From positions 1 to 64,000 of the forward strand of contig LVLI01000277.1 of the NCBI GenBank assembly GCA_001687465.1: 64,000 nt of DNA, written 5' to 3'. Under the pieces are notes generated by a model. That model ran no database searches. It saw only the letters and a program-made list of their open reading frames with translations, and was not told the origin of the DNA. Both the position numbers and the translations under genes were made by a program. The number at the start of each line of letters is the position of its first letter. Positions within the stretch are counted from its first letter, which is position 1. The stretch is from Halocafeteria seosinensis (taxonomy: Eukaryota). This document shows positions 26,602 to 37,824 of this stretch, piece after piece.

Positions 26602-28351
26602 ATGTCTTCCTCTGGGGAAGCTCCCACGACGCCTCCTAGAAGTTCATTCCATGATATTGGGCAGACCCATCAGTATTCACAGTTGCACGACAGTCCTCAA
26701 GTAGATGTCGAAATAGGGAAGACTCCGCCTCGACAGAAGAGAGGGAACCATCATGGTAGTTTGGACTCAAATAGCCAGACGGAGCAGCTAATGTCTCCGA
26801 GCCCGATACGAACTCAGCAGAATTCCACATGGCCGAGTCCGTTTCGGCTACTGGAACTCTCTAGCCTCCCGAGTATAGGAGAAGAACCAGATGAAATACG
26901 CTCAAAAATCAGGGAGACGAACCAACTTCTCATTTACAACATGACATGGAATCTCCACGGCAAGGTGGGTCATTTGAATTCCAACGTACCTTGGACGTTA
27001 ACCTCCTAAGAAGGGTATTGGTATATGGTACACTGCAGGCAGCCGATCCGGCTTTTACTGAATATTTACCCCCTCGAAACTCATTTCACATTCTGGCCTT
27101 TGGCACTGAGGAATGTGAAAACACTATAGCGAAGTCTGTCTTAAATACCAGTAAGGAGAATTGGGAAAGACAACTGCAGTCAGCACTTGGACAAGATTAC
27201 ATCGCCTTGGCGAGTCGAACCCTCCAAGCAATTCATCTCATCGTCTTTGTTCATCGATCCCTTTTCCCTATTATAAGCGATGTTCAAACTGATGTAGTTT
27301 CCTGCGGAACGGGCGATACTCTCGGTAACAAAGGGAGTGTTGCAATAGGATGCAATATTGGCAACACCTCGCTGTTATTTGTCAATTGCCACTTTGCTGC
27401 TCACCGCGACAACATAGAACTACGAAACAGGGACTATCTCCGTTCCGAAACGATGATGGAAATGTGTCCCACAGGTAGGGGTGCTTGTATGTATCACTCA
27501 CTTTGTGTGGGGTCATAACACTACAAACACGGCGCAGATCTGCCGGCGGACCAGCACTCCGTCTTCTTGTCGGATCGGTACGATCGAGTGGTATGGATAG
27601 GGGATATGAATTACCGTATCAATCTGTCCCGCGAAGAGGTCGATAAGTACATAAACGAGGACAACTATGAGGTGAGGCCCGTGCAACTTAGGAGTTGTTT
27701 CTATTTATCGAACACAGAATGGTTTCGGTGCTTCTCAGGTTCTTTACAAGTATGATCAGTTGACTCAAGAACGCATGAAGGGACGAACATTTCAAGGATT
27801 TGCTGAAGGGCCTCTGCATTTCTATCCGACGTAAGGCGATTTTCCGCTGCAACAGCTCTATACTTACTAACGATCAATTTGCATGCCGCAGCTACAAGTT
27901 TGACAAGGGAAAGGACACATACGACAGCTCCGGTAAGGGGCGTGTTCCTTCTTGGACTGATCGCATACTGTTCAAACCCGCTAGCCGAGTAATGCGTCTG
28001 TTTGCCTACGATTCTATACATGAGGTCAAGTGTTCAGACCATAGAGCGGTGTATGCCGCGTTCCGCGTCCAACTGAGAAAGCACTTCAGAAGGGAAGATG
28101 AACTTGAGGAAATTCAGAACAAACTATTACCTCGAGCCTCCGAACCGACTCAATTTGACGTCTCCCCTATAGAAGCACCAGCCCTCCAAGATGGGCTGAC
28201 TACGAATTTAGTCGACGTTCCCTGGACGCCAATTGATACGCGGCATGAATGGTTTTTTCACGAACCGGAAAGAGAACACAGAGATAAACAGGTTCCCACT
28301 AATAATGTGCCTATAGGACACACACAAAGCCAAGTGTGCGGAATTATGTGA
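26602..28351 (+). CDS. Inositol polyphosphate 5-phosphatase, INPP5E-like, with C-terminal CaaX (CGIM); 4 introns
   Basis: TWNLHG, GTEEC, GNKGSV, FVNCHFAAH, WIGDMNYRI, PTYKFD..RVPSWTDRIL, SDHRAV. Confidence 0.88.
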
Positions 28352-28361
28352 GCTAGAGCCT

Positions 28362-29469
28362 TCAATTTTCGCTATTGATGACTTCGCTGGTGTTCTCATC
28401 AATGAGTCTGTTCTTCCTAGAAAATACCGTAAGGAAGCGCCAGCACACACTCATCGGGGTCAAATAGCGAAGGTAAACTCCATTTGTTACAGGATCGCTT
28501 GCAACAATACCACGCATCCTTGGCACTGCCCATTTTGCAACTGTGGAAGGATGCTCAGCCAGTACGTTAAAGATCTTAAGCACCGATTTCTCTTTATTCT
28601 GTAACACAACCGGGAATGATGTGGATTGCAAAGCATATTGCACACGAGTGGGAATGGTCACATACTCCTGAAAGCAGCAAATCGGTCAGCACCATTCCAG
28701 GGCTCAATAAATGGACGCCAACTTTGGTGTCTTTGGTCTCCTTCTGGAGCGACTTGAGAAGTTGAGGCATCCCAGCTTTCGAGAACCCGTATGCAGCGAA
28801 TCGTGGGGTCGCCATTCCTTGGCTTCCTGCGGGAGCTCATTCTTTTCTTCATCGGACCATGCTTCCTGGTTAATCAGTGGTAGCGAACTTACCTGCACCA
28901 TCTACATTGAAAATGTGACCATTCCCTTTTTGCGCCAACATCAGTTGGGCCGCACATTTAGTTCCGTATAAGCTGCCAAGGACATTCGTGTTTATAATTT
29001 GATCTATGGTCTCCACCGGCGTATCAGCAAGTATTTGCTTCTCGCTCTGTGAGACTCCAGCATTGTTGATCCATGTGTCAACACTTCCTAGATTCTTTTC
29101 GGCAAACGTCGTCAAGGCTTGCATTTCCTGGTAATTTTGAACATCGACCACAAAGGACAAAATGTTTTGTTCCTTCTTGTATTTGAGGGGGATCAACTCC
29201 TGTACAGTGTCTTGTAGGGTATCTTTGTTTCTCCCGGCGAGCAGAACACTGTCTCCCAGCCGAACATATTCGCGAGCCAAAGCTTTTCCAAATCCTCTGC
29301 TTGCTCCAGTGATGACTATTTTTAAGTTTCTCTCAGGTGATTTATCCACTTTAGGCGCCTTCTTCCTTCGGTAGGTCTGCCAACATACTAAGGCGGTCAC
29401 GGATACAGCACACCCTGTATAGAGGAGAGTGGTGGAATTCATCCACGTCCACGTGGAAGACGACGACAT
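28362..29469 (-). CDS. Short-chain dehydrogenase, chlorophyll(ide) b reductase NOL/NYC1-like; 2 introns
   Basis: TGASRGFG, WINNAG, GHIFNVDGAGSQGMATPRFAAYGFSK (YxxxK), SPGMVLTDLL, FNVLAEHP; N-terminal hydrophobic anchor. Confidence 0.8.
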
Positions 29470-29971
29470 ACTGTATTTACCCTCACGCTGGAAGAAAATT
29501 ACCTAGACATCTAGACAATGAATGAATACGCTGACAACCCGTCTACACGATGTAAATTTAAGTATATGACCTGACGAGGTCAGGTTGACGTGTTTGACGA
29601 CGTTCCAGCTTGAAGTACCTCGGCTTCAATGACACCACAGACATGCTACCCAGTATCGAACTGATATGGTTTGCGATACTCATTGTCGTCTGATTTGCTG
29701 TAGCTTTGCTGCCTTAGCCGAGATATAGAAGTAGCGATAAGACAGGAGTTCCCACACGGATAATTCTTGCTTGTTGCTTCGATTGCGCTGCTCGTGATAA
29801 CCGACCGACTACCAGCAGATACGTTAATTCCGAAAGTGCACGCATGTGACATCTTGAGTGTCGGAGGTTAGTATATCTAGTAGGCGGGGAGAACTCCAGA
29901 GGGTTTACTGCGCAGTTGAGTTTTCCCCGCTGTCTGCTGAAGAACACGTCTACACTAGAAAAGGGTTGACT

Positions 29972-30647
29972 TTACAATTCGGTCTTTCTGTCGTGCTCTG
30001 ACTGCTGTAAAAGTGGCCCAATATATCTGTCCATTTCTTCCGTGGTAGCCTCGGTGGAAAACCGATAGAGTGGCTTCCCTTTGTACAACAAGAACTTTTC
30101 AAAATTCCAAGCAATGTCATGCCGGAGATATGGGCCAGCATGTTTAAGCCACCCAAACAGTAGGTGCTCATAAGGTCCATTAACATCAATCGTTCCAAAT
30201 ATGGGAAATGTACAGCCTCGATCTCGCACATACCTTTTGATGGCTTCGAATCTCCCAGATTGCTCCGTACCGAATTGATTACACGGAAACGCTAACACAG
30301 TGAATCGTCTTCCTGCAGAACCAAGCACGGAAGTATAGCAGAACTGATTACGTAGTGCAAATATAAACTTCCTTACCGCTATATTTTTTCTGTAAATGCT
30401 CGAGGTCTGCTAAGTTGCGCTCAGCAAAGTCACATTTAGTGGCAATGTTGGCAATAAGGATCACATCGTAGTTCTCGCTGTATTTTGACAGAGGTTCCTG
30501 TTCGGGGCTCACCATTGCTACCTCAATAGGGGCACTGAAGTCCTCTAGTTTCATATTACGGAAGATATGGCTTCGCTCCTCGCAATATACATTGGTTGCA
30601 AGCAATGTGAGAGTCAGCGCAAGCAATGCCGATACAACTGGCCGCAT
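29972..30647 (-). CDS. Cys-type glutathione peroxidase with signal peptide and KTEL ER-retention-like tail; 1 intron
   Basis: NIATKCDF, LAFPCNQFG, IAWNFEKFL. Confidence 0.85.
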
Positions 30648-31174
30648 TTTCGTGATTGACTGGCTCACTACTACGGACTTATGTACATAACTACACTTCA
30701 TTTCAAAGATGCTGAACTACTATGCTTGCAGGCTTGCCCTTTCAAAATGATCTGGCAAACAAACTTGACGGCCCACTACTTAATACTACTCTCTAGTGAC
30801 CAGCTTCACGAGAGCCGTCACTGGCGACATCTTACTGTGTAAGGCATAACAATATCTTCAACTCTAATGCGTACCCTACAATATGGATACCACTGCCAAT
30901 GATAGAATATATCATACAATAATTGAGGTGTCCTCTTGATTTGTTTCACGTCTCTTGATCGAGGCACCGACCTTAGGCAGGCTCCCAGTTGCAAATTTCC
31001 AGCAACTCCTCGGGACACCATCCGTCGGGCCTCCATAAAAGAGAGTAGCTGCTGCAACGTTACAAGAGCGAGACGTTGCCACAATTATCAGTCAGCGACT
31101 ACGCAGCGCTATCGAAGTAATGCTACAGCGCTACCTGGTACAACTAGTGCAGTCCATACTGAGTCAACTCACAT

Positions 31175-32495
31175 TCATGTTTCACCCTCATCGCCCTGGT
31201 CCCTATTATTCTGCTCGCTTTTCGCTTCAGTGAGTCCCTCTTTCGAAGAATTTGCATTTTCCCTTTGTTCACTGTTCTGTTGTCCATCGATTTCGGCCAT
31301 TTGCGTAGGGTGAGATTGTTCCTTCGCCGCAGGTTCTGAAGTGGTCTGCTTCGTTTCCGGCGTAGCCTTTACTTCCGAAGTAGGTATGGACTTTGCCTCT
31401 TTATCTTTTCTTTCTGGGGTAGGTCGTTTTGCTTCCCTTAAGTCTCTCGTCGACTTATCAGATTTCTCTTTCTCTTCGAACTCACTTTTGCCTGCATCGG
31501 TGTCCTTCCGGGTTTCCTGATTCGTGTCTCCCGACTTCTTTTGTGAATTGTCTGGATTTATGTTCCCTTGCCGCATTGAGCTCTGCTTCTGGAAGCCTGA
31601 ATCGCTCGCGGGCTGTCTGTTGCTCTCTTTTTGAGGTACTGCAGGTTTTCCACCCTCTTTTTTCTTTTCACCACCTAAAGACTGAACTTCGTCTTCTTCT
31701 TCGACAACCACTCCAGCATTTGCTTCGATTTCTTTTTCCATAGTCTTCTTCTCCTCTTCAGGCGTTATAGGCGACAGTCCAAGATACGATCTAATCAGTG
31801 GTTCCATTTGTTTGGGGGATGTTGTAAAGTTAAAACGAGCGACAGGAGCGCCATTCTTGAACAAGAATTTCTCCCAATTCCTGCGTGTTGCGACAACAAT
31901 ATTCCGGCTACAATGTAAAATCTCTATAGGGCAGTAGAGTTCGGCAGAGTACGTACCATTCAATAGGATGGTTTGGAATTTGCGTAACCTCATCGCTCTG
32001 TAGCCACTTAAACAGCGGGTGGGCCTGTTTACCAGTCACTTGGGTCTTCGCGAATACAGGGAAGTTTACGTTGAGGTCCCCCACGAACGTCTGTATCTTG
32101 TTGTTTGATCCAGGCTCCATTGCATCAAACTGATTGCATGGAAATCCTAGAGCTGTGAAGCCTCTATCTGCTTGTCGAAGCATCAATACATACATCATAT
32201 CTTCTTCGTTACACGCATTCCCAACTTCAGCAAGGAACTTACATTCATATTCAGTGTGCAGCGATTCAAGCTCCTGATAATGTTGCATCGTGCAATTCGC
32301 GTTGCTAGCGACGTTCGTGACTAAGACGAGTTTATATGAGCCGAATATATGAAGAGGAATCACTGTATACTCAGAGTCTGCTCTGTGTGCTGCAAAACTA
32401 TACAAAGATTTCGCCTCGACTGATCCACCACATGCTGCATATAGAGCCGTACAAAAGGCGAACAAGCGAATTGACCTCATATATGCCTGGAGCAT
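31175..32495 (-). CDS. Glutathione peroxidase-like protein with signal peptide and long charged C-terminal tail; 2 introns
   Basis: TNVASNANCT, LGFPCNQF, HPLFKWL, IEWNWEKFL after splicing. Confidence 0.82.
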
Positions 32496-32996
32496 GATTA
32501 AGTGCTGTTTTGGCGGAGTAACACTCCGGGAGGCTCAGTGATGCGCCAAGACTTTGGTGGACCAACGGGGTACAGAACGGTGATCAACTCGTTTCTCGCG
32601 CTGTCCAACAACTTCCTGTCGAAGGCCCGATACCTGAATGAAAGGAATACTATGTGTTTGAGCTTTTGAATCAATGTCTTCTCTTGACATTCGGCTAAGA
32701 TCGCTTAGAGATACTGACGCATCAAAGTTCTGAGAATGAAACAATCTTAACTTGGACTTGGATCAGCCGAATGCTTCACAAGACCGCATCAATTACCATG
32801 CTTCACATACGTTTCTACAGTACGCTTCTATATGAGGAGTAGCAGAATTTCGCACCGGTTCGTCCACTCAAAACGTGTGCATTCAAGTTGGTGTCATGTT
32901 GCTGCGTGTAGCAGCGCTCGAATCATGAGAATTGGGGCTGTAATAGAGCTCGTGGAAGACATAGAACACTCGTAACTTGATCCCGTCTGAAACAAA

Positions 32997-34109
32997 ATGG
33001 TTGATGTGGCAGAGGGCAGTGCGGGTGAGGATTCAAGAGGACTGGATGAGTATGCAGAGGGGAATGCAGGTAAACATCCAAAAAAAGTACACACATATAG
33101 GGCTCTGCGCGACAATATCAAGCAGGTTCGGATCATATCGTGGCTGATCTGGCTGGGATTACTGATACAATGCATCACCGCCTGGGTCATGTACGGGCTT
33201 GGTCACGGAAAAATTGTGCTCGTGTATGCCATTATTGTCACAATAGCAATGGTACTAAATTTGAAGACTCTTGGTCTCTTAGACAGAACGCTTGACCAGC
33301 CGGACAGCCCTTTTATAGTATTTGCACAAGTCTTCATCGACGGAGTGTATTGCAGTTTCTTCTACTGGGTGACACTAGTATCCTTTGCCCTGTACGAAGA
33401 CAACAGATCACTGGCACAGATCCTGGCCAACGCTGAAGCAGGACACAGAACAATACTGTGGCTGCTTGGTGTTTTTTTGGTTGTATCTGTTATAACAGAG
33501 ATAGCTTGCCTGTTAAGGAGCTCCTTCTTGTTAGAGTTCAGGGGTCCCAGCGGTATCAACACGCAAAGCGATGATCTTCGTCTGTTAGCGGGGACGACGT
33601 TAATTGTCCGTGTCTTCGTGGTTGCCCTCATCGTGTTAATAGGATATAGTGCACACGTCACCAACAACGCTGGTTTGGTCTTCACCGCAGTCTTGCTATT
33701 CGCCGTCACCGCGATCCAAATAGGCCACCAATTGTGTCGGAAGAACAGTGACAAGAACAGCGAAAAGGACGCTCTTGCTGAGTATTGCTTCGCCGGCTCT
33801 CAGCACGCTCTCGTTACACTCAACTGTGTCATGTCTACGATATTGTTGATAGTACTACAGTCGATGAACACTTCACTACATGAATTGTTCAGCGAGCGAA
33901 GCAACAATGCAATCATCCCTGCGACACTATTCCTGTCCTTAGGGATTATCCTTGTCCTTGCTGGCGAATCCCATGTCTCGTTCACTCTTCACCGAAAGCA
34001 CCCGATAGATGAAGGGTTACTGGGATTGGAGCAGCCAGGAGCAGCAACGCGTGCACCATCATGCGGAAGCAGGGGGAGCATTCAGGCTGATTCTACAAAC
34101 GAAACGTAG
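32997..34109 (+). CDS. Hypothetical polytopic membrane protein (about 8 TM, apparently two 4-TM halves)
   Basis: Intact 370-aa ORF with regularly spaced hydrophobic stretches. Confidence 0.65.
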   Translation: MVDVAEGSAGEDSRGLDEYAEGNAGKHPKKVHTYRALRDNIKQVRIISWLIWLGLLIQCITAWVMYGLGHGKIVLVYAIIVTIAMVLNLKTLGLLDRTLDQPDSPFIVFAQVFIDGVYCSFFYWVTLVSFALYEDNRSLAQILANAEAGHRTILWLLGVFLVVSVITEIACLLRSSFLLEFRGPSGINTQSDDLRLLAGTTLIVRVFVVALIVLIGYSAHVTNNAGLVFTAVLLFAVTAIQIGHQLCRKNSDKNSEKDALAEYCFAGSQHALVTLNCVMSTILLIVLQSMNTSLHELFSERSNNAIIPATLFLSLGIILVLAGESHVSFTLHRKHPIDEGLLGLEQPGAATRAPSCGSRGSIQADSTNET

Positions 34110-34272
34110 CGAACGTTCGTTCTTTTGAGGTGCACCGCTCCCAATTAGCAATACACACATACTGCTGTCAGCTTTGATACGTTTAACTTTCTAGTATTGC
34201 ACAGTTACCTAAGTCCCGCCGTACACGCCTCACAGTAAGGCGGCAGCCCATTGCCTTATTGCCTTCAATACC

Positions 34273-35400
34273 TCATTGGAAGCGAAACGGCGAAGCGTCA
34301 TCCCAATTAAGGTGCAAGTTATCAACCATATACTTTCCATGTGTATTCCAAGCCTGCTGCCAGAACACGTACGGTGCCCGGAACGTGATTTCGTAAGCAA
34401 CATCCTCATGACGGTTGAAGACGAGATGTAAATGATATTGAAAGCCTCGCCGTGTAGCGTTATCATCAAATTCACTGATGAGGAGAAGAGATGATATTAC
34501 AATATGACATAGCGTTGACCTCAACAGCCTACTCACTTACCTATAATCCATGATGTATTCCATGCCGTACGTATCGAGACCTTCCATGGGAGTAAACTGC
34601 CAGCTATCGACGAGTTCGGGAAGAATCTCGCTGTCTGTATTCTCTGGTGGACCGGTCTTTTTCATATGCAGTGATGTAAAAAACTCGGCCAATTGCATAG
34701 GCGTATCGTTTTTTATCAGCGGTTGGCTAAATATCCCCTCATACGACATTATCGTGAGTCCTATTTTGCAACTCTCCGGGTCGTCCACAGTGATTACAGC
34801 TTTATATGTATCTAGTTCAAGCCATTTTCCTTGTCCATGTGCACAGGTCCAACCGTCGGGCTTCAAGACGCCAGTTCTAATGTGGGGTATCCACAGCCAC
34901 TCAAAGTCTGCTGGTGGATCTGGTAGGCTCTTGGGAAGTTCCTGAGGATCATTCACCAGGGTATTCAAGGAAGGTTCACTCAAGGCTGCCGACTGGCCAG
35001 ACAGGGGGTGACTTTGCTCATGTTCCTGAGTTACCGAGGCTGTCTGAGGTTGCTGTGTTAGCTTATTCATAGTAGTCTCTAACTCATCACCTTCTCGAGC
35101 GTCTTGCTGATCTGCTAGCACTTGCTGTAAGTTCTGTTCTACATCTTCTTCAGCAGTATCCCTAGTCCTAGAGGCTTTACGAGAAGCTGTTTGCTTTTTC
35201 TCAAAAGCTCCTGACGCGGACTGAGTCCTCTTTACCACCTTATTGCGTCTGCTTTGGGCCTTCGAAGCAAAAGACTGGAATCTGGGTCGTCGATGTGCTC
35301 CACATAGGAAGAACTGCCGATGAGCTGCCTTTCCTATGGGAGGCAACTTTGAAATAGAACGCGAAATGGTTCTTGTGGCAAACATGGCGCTGTTCAGCAT
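34273..35400 (-). CDS. Hypothetical protein with mitochondrial-transit-like N-terminus; intron 34476-34540
   Basis: Arg/Ser-rich, acid-free N-terminus; GTAAGT donor joins the two ORFs. Confidence 0.6.
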
Positions 35401-35696
35401 TCACGAAAGACGTCGTACGCGTGCGGTAGTGTGTAGGCCTCACCAGTGTCAGTGATTTCGTCGTTGCACCATCCCTCTGGCAAGTTTGAAGAGCTGACAC
35501 TACAGTTTGATGGCTTTATGTGTACATAAATTAAATCTGCAAACAAAAATAACACAACCCAAGCATCATTACAGGGAAATGCGCTCTCTGTTGTCTCATA
35601 AACTCCTCAAGGCTGTGTGAAGGTGGAACGACGCGACGGACTTCACACGGGTAGTACGGTATGTGCCGTGTCCATTCTTTTGGCTAAAGACTAATC

Positions 35697-37086
35697 TTAC
35701 GTCTGGAACTTGAAATCTCGCACATTTATTCCCATCTCTTCATCGGTTTCTATACCAGCTTCCTCCATAATCTCTTTTGGCTTCTTGCCTGTTCCTTCCG
35801 ACATATTGTCGACAAGGTCCATTACCTTATTTTTCCTATCAACCCATGTCTTCTGCATTCACCTTGTAAGCACTCAGTGAAATTAATCAGTAGAATCAAG
35901 CGAGAAACAGACTTACCCTGTATTTGTTCACTTCCGCTATGATATTCTTGCGCGTGTCCTTCGTGACAACCTCTCCACCTGACGCTTCATTTAGCCTTTC
36001 CAGTTTAGCTTCCTTTTCGGAAATAGTCTTTTTCAGTTCTTCGATCGACTTTCCTAGTTGTTCTGTGGTAAGGCTCGACTGAAGGGAACTAACTTCTTGC
36101 TCCAGTCGCTTCCTTTCGTTCTTGACCTCATTTTGTTTCGTCGTGAGCTCTTTTACTTCTTCCTGGAGAGATGAGATATCGGTTTCTTGGATTTCTCCGT
36201 ATTGTGCTTGATCAGGATAATACACTTTGCTCTTCCCATAAGTCTTCGCATGAATTTTCCCTCTGACATAATCAACCATCAAGCAGATACTAAAGCTGAA
36301 CTCTGAAGGACCAATCGGCTTGTTCCGTAGTGCTTACTCATCAGCTAGTTTATCGAGGACCCGTGTTAGCGATGCTTTTTTCACTGCTCCATGAAGATTC
36401 TCGAAGATATTTAATACAGAGTAAGGACGATTCTGTTTGTTAACGTAGTCCAAGACGTAAGCCGGTGCTGCAGTACTACGGCTTCAAATATCACTTGAAG
36501 ATATACATGTAGATCACTAACTACTCCCCTTACCTTCCACCTCAGACACAGCCTTCACTTTATCACCTCCTTTGGCTGGAACTTTCGTGCTGTTCGCAGT
36601 CTTCTTGGAGCCAGCACTGGCAGTAGATGCAACTGATTCACCGTCACCCGCTTTAGTAGCCCGTTTCTTCTTCGGAAGAGAAGCTAAAGCATCGCTCTTG
36701 GCAGCTGGTGCTGCTCTTTTATTGGCAGCAGGGGCTGCTTTCGTAGCTTTCGGAGCTGCAGGGGCTTTCTTTGGAGCTGGTGCTGCCTTCTTGGCCGCTG
36801 CGCCTCCTTTCTTTGTTGCTGCTTGTTTTCCTTTCCCTTTTGCTCCCTGTATAGGTTTACGTCGTACGTTTAGGCGTTTGCTTGAGTACCATTTTGTGGT
36901 TACTGTACATACTTTAGACTTTGGGTTTACATTCTCTTCATCGTCGAAGTCGCTGCTCTCGGAATCCTCTTCCGTAGCACTCGCTTCTGCTTCGCCGTCC
37001 GTGAAGTCGCTTCCGGAATCGTGGGCGGCTTCAACGCCGGCGGACTGTTCGCTGCCGTCATCTATTTCTACCTCAGAATCGGACAT
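35697..37086 (-). CDS. HOP2: Homologous-pairing protein 2 (TBPIP/PSMC3IP) with long N-terminal extension; 4 exons
   Basis: VLDYVNKQNRPYSVLNIFENLH, KTYGKSKVYYPDQ, coiled coil, WVDRK...EEAGIETDE. Confidence 0.88.
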
Positions 37087-37824
37087 TGTTGCTACTCAGA
37101 GATTGCCTGCGTGGCAGTAAAGTACACATCCAATATGAGAATTGTAAGGAATTCTTCTTGCGCATTCTCGATTCCTCCTTCATTTCAACAGCCATTTGAT
37201 GCCTCTCTAAGTGAGTTAATCCAACACAATGACAGAAATGACGAGGTGCCGTCTAATCGTAATGTACATCGATATGATACAACTTGTGACATACTTGTAT
37301 GCGCCAGGCTTTGCTGGAGAATTCAAATAGGGTTCCTCTTTCTCTTTTCCCTTTTATACAGCTAGCAGAATTGACAATTACCAATTGTATTCCCGGATAA
37401 TGCTCCTTTCCAACCTGATGAAAAGGACAACAAGAAATGGAAAATACACTATCGTTAATGTTGAGACAGGACAACCAACAACCCTGAATAGGTGTTTGAA
37501 TTTGACAGAGGGGAGCAGCTTCAACCAGCCCACAAAACGCGCGCTAGCCGGGGCCAAAAGGGGGATTTCCGGATTCCTTTCGCCTTATTGCACAGTAAGT
37601 ATATGCAGTTTTGTTAGGAGACCTGTGGCATCAAGGGATCCCGCAATTGTAGCTTCTGCTCGTGATATTTTATAGACTTTCTGTTGGATACTTAATCAGT
37701 AGGGACAGTAGATCCTCCGTTGCGAGAGCAAAGACAAAAGCGTTAACTATAGGCATTTGGCGACGAAAACAGGTCGTTGTAGTGGCGCCGTGCGAACGTA
37801 TTGAACAGATTAAGATAGAAGAAT

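Noticed and set aside
29500..29971. SECIS element downstream of GPx
   Set aside because: No in-frame UGA in either GPx and no convincing AUGA/AA/GA core on the minus strand
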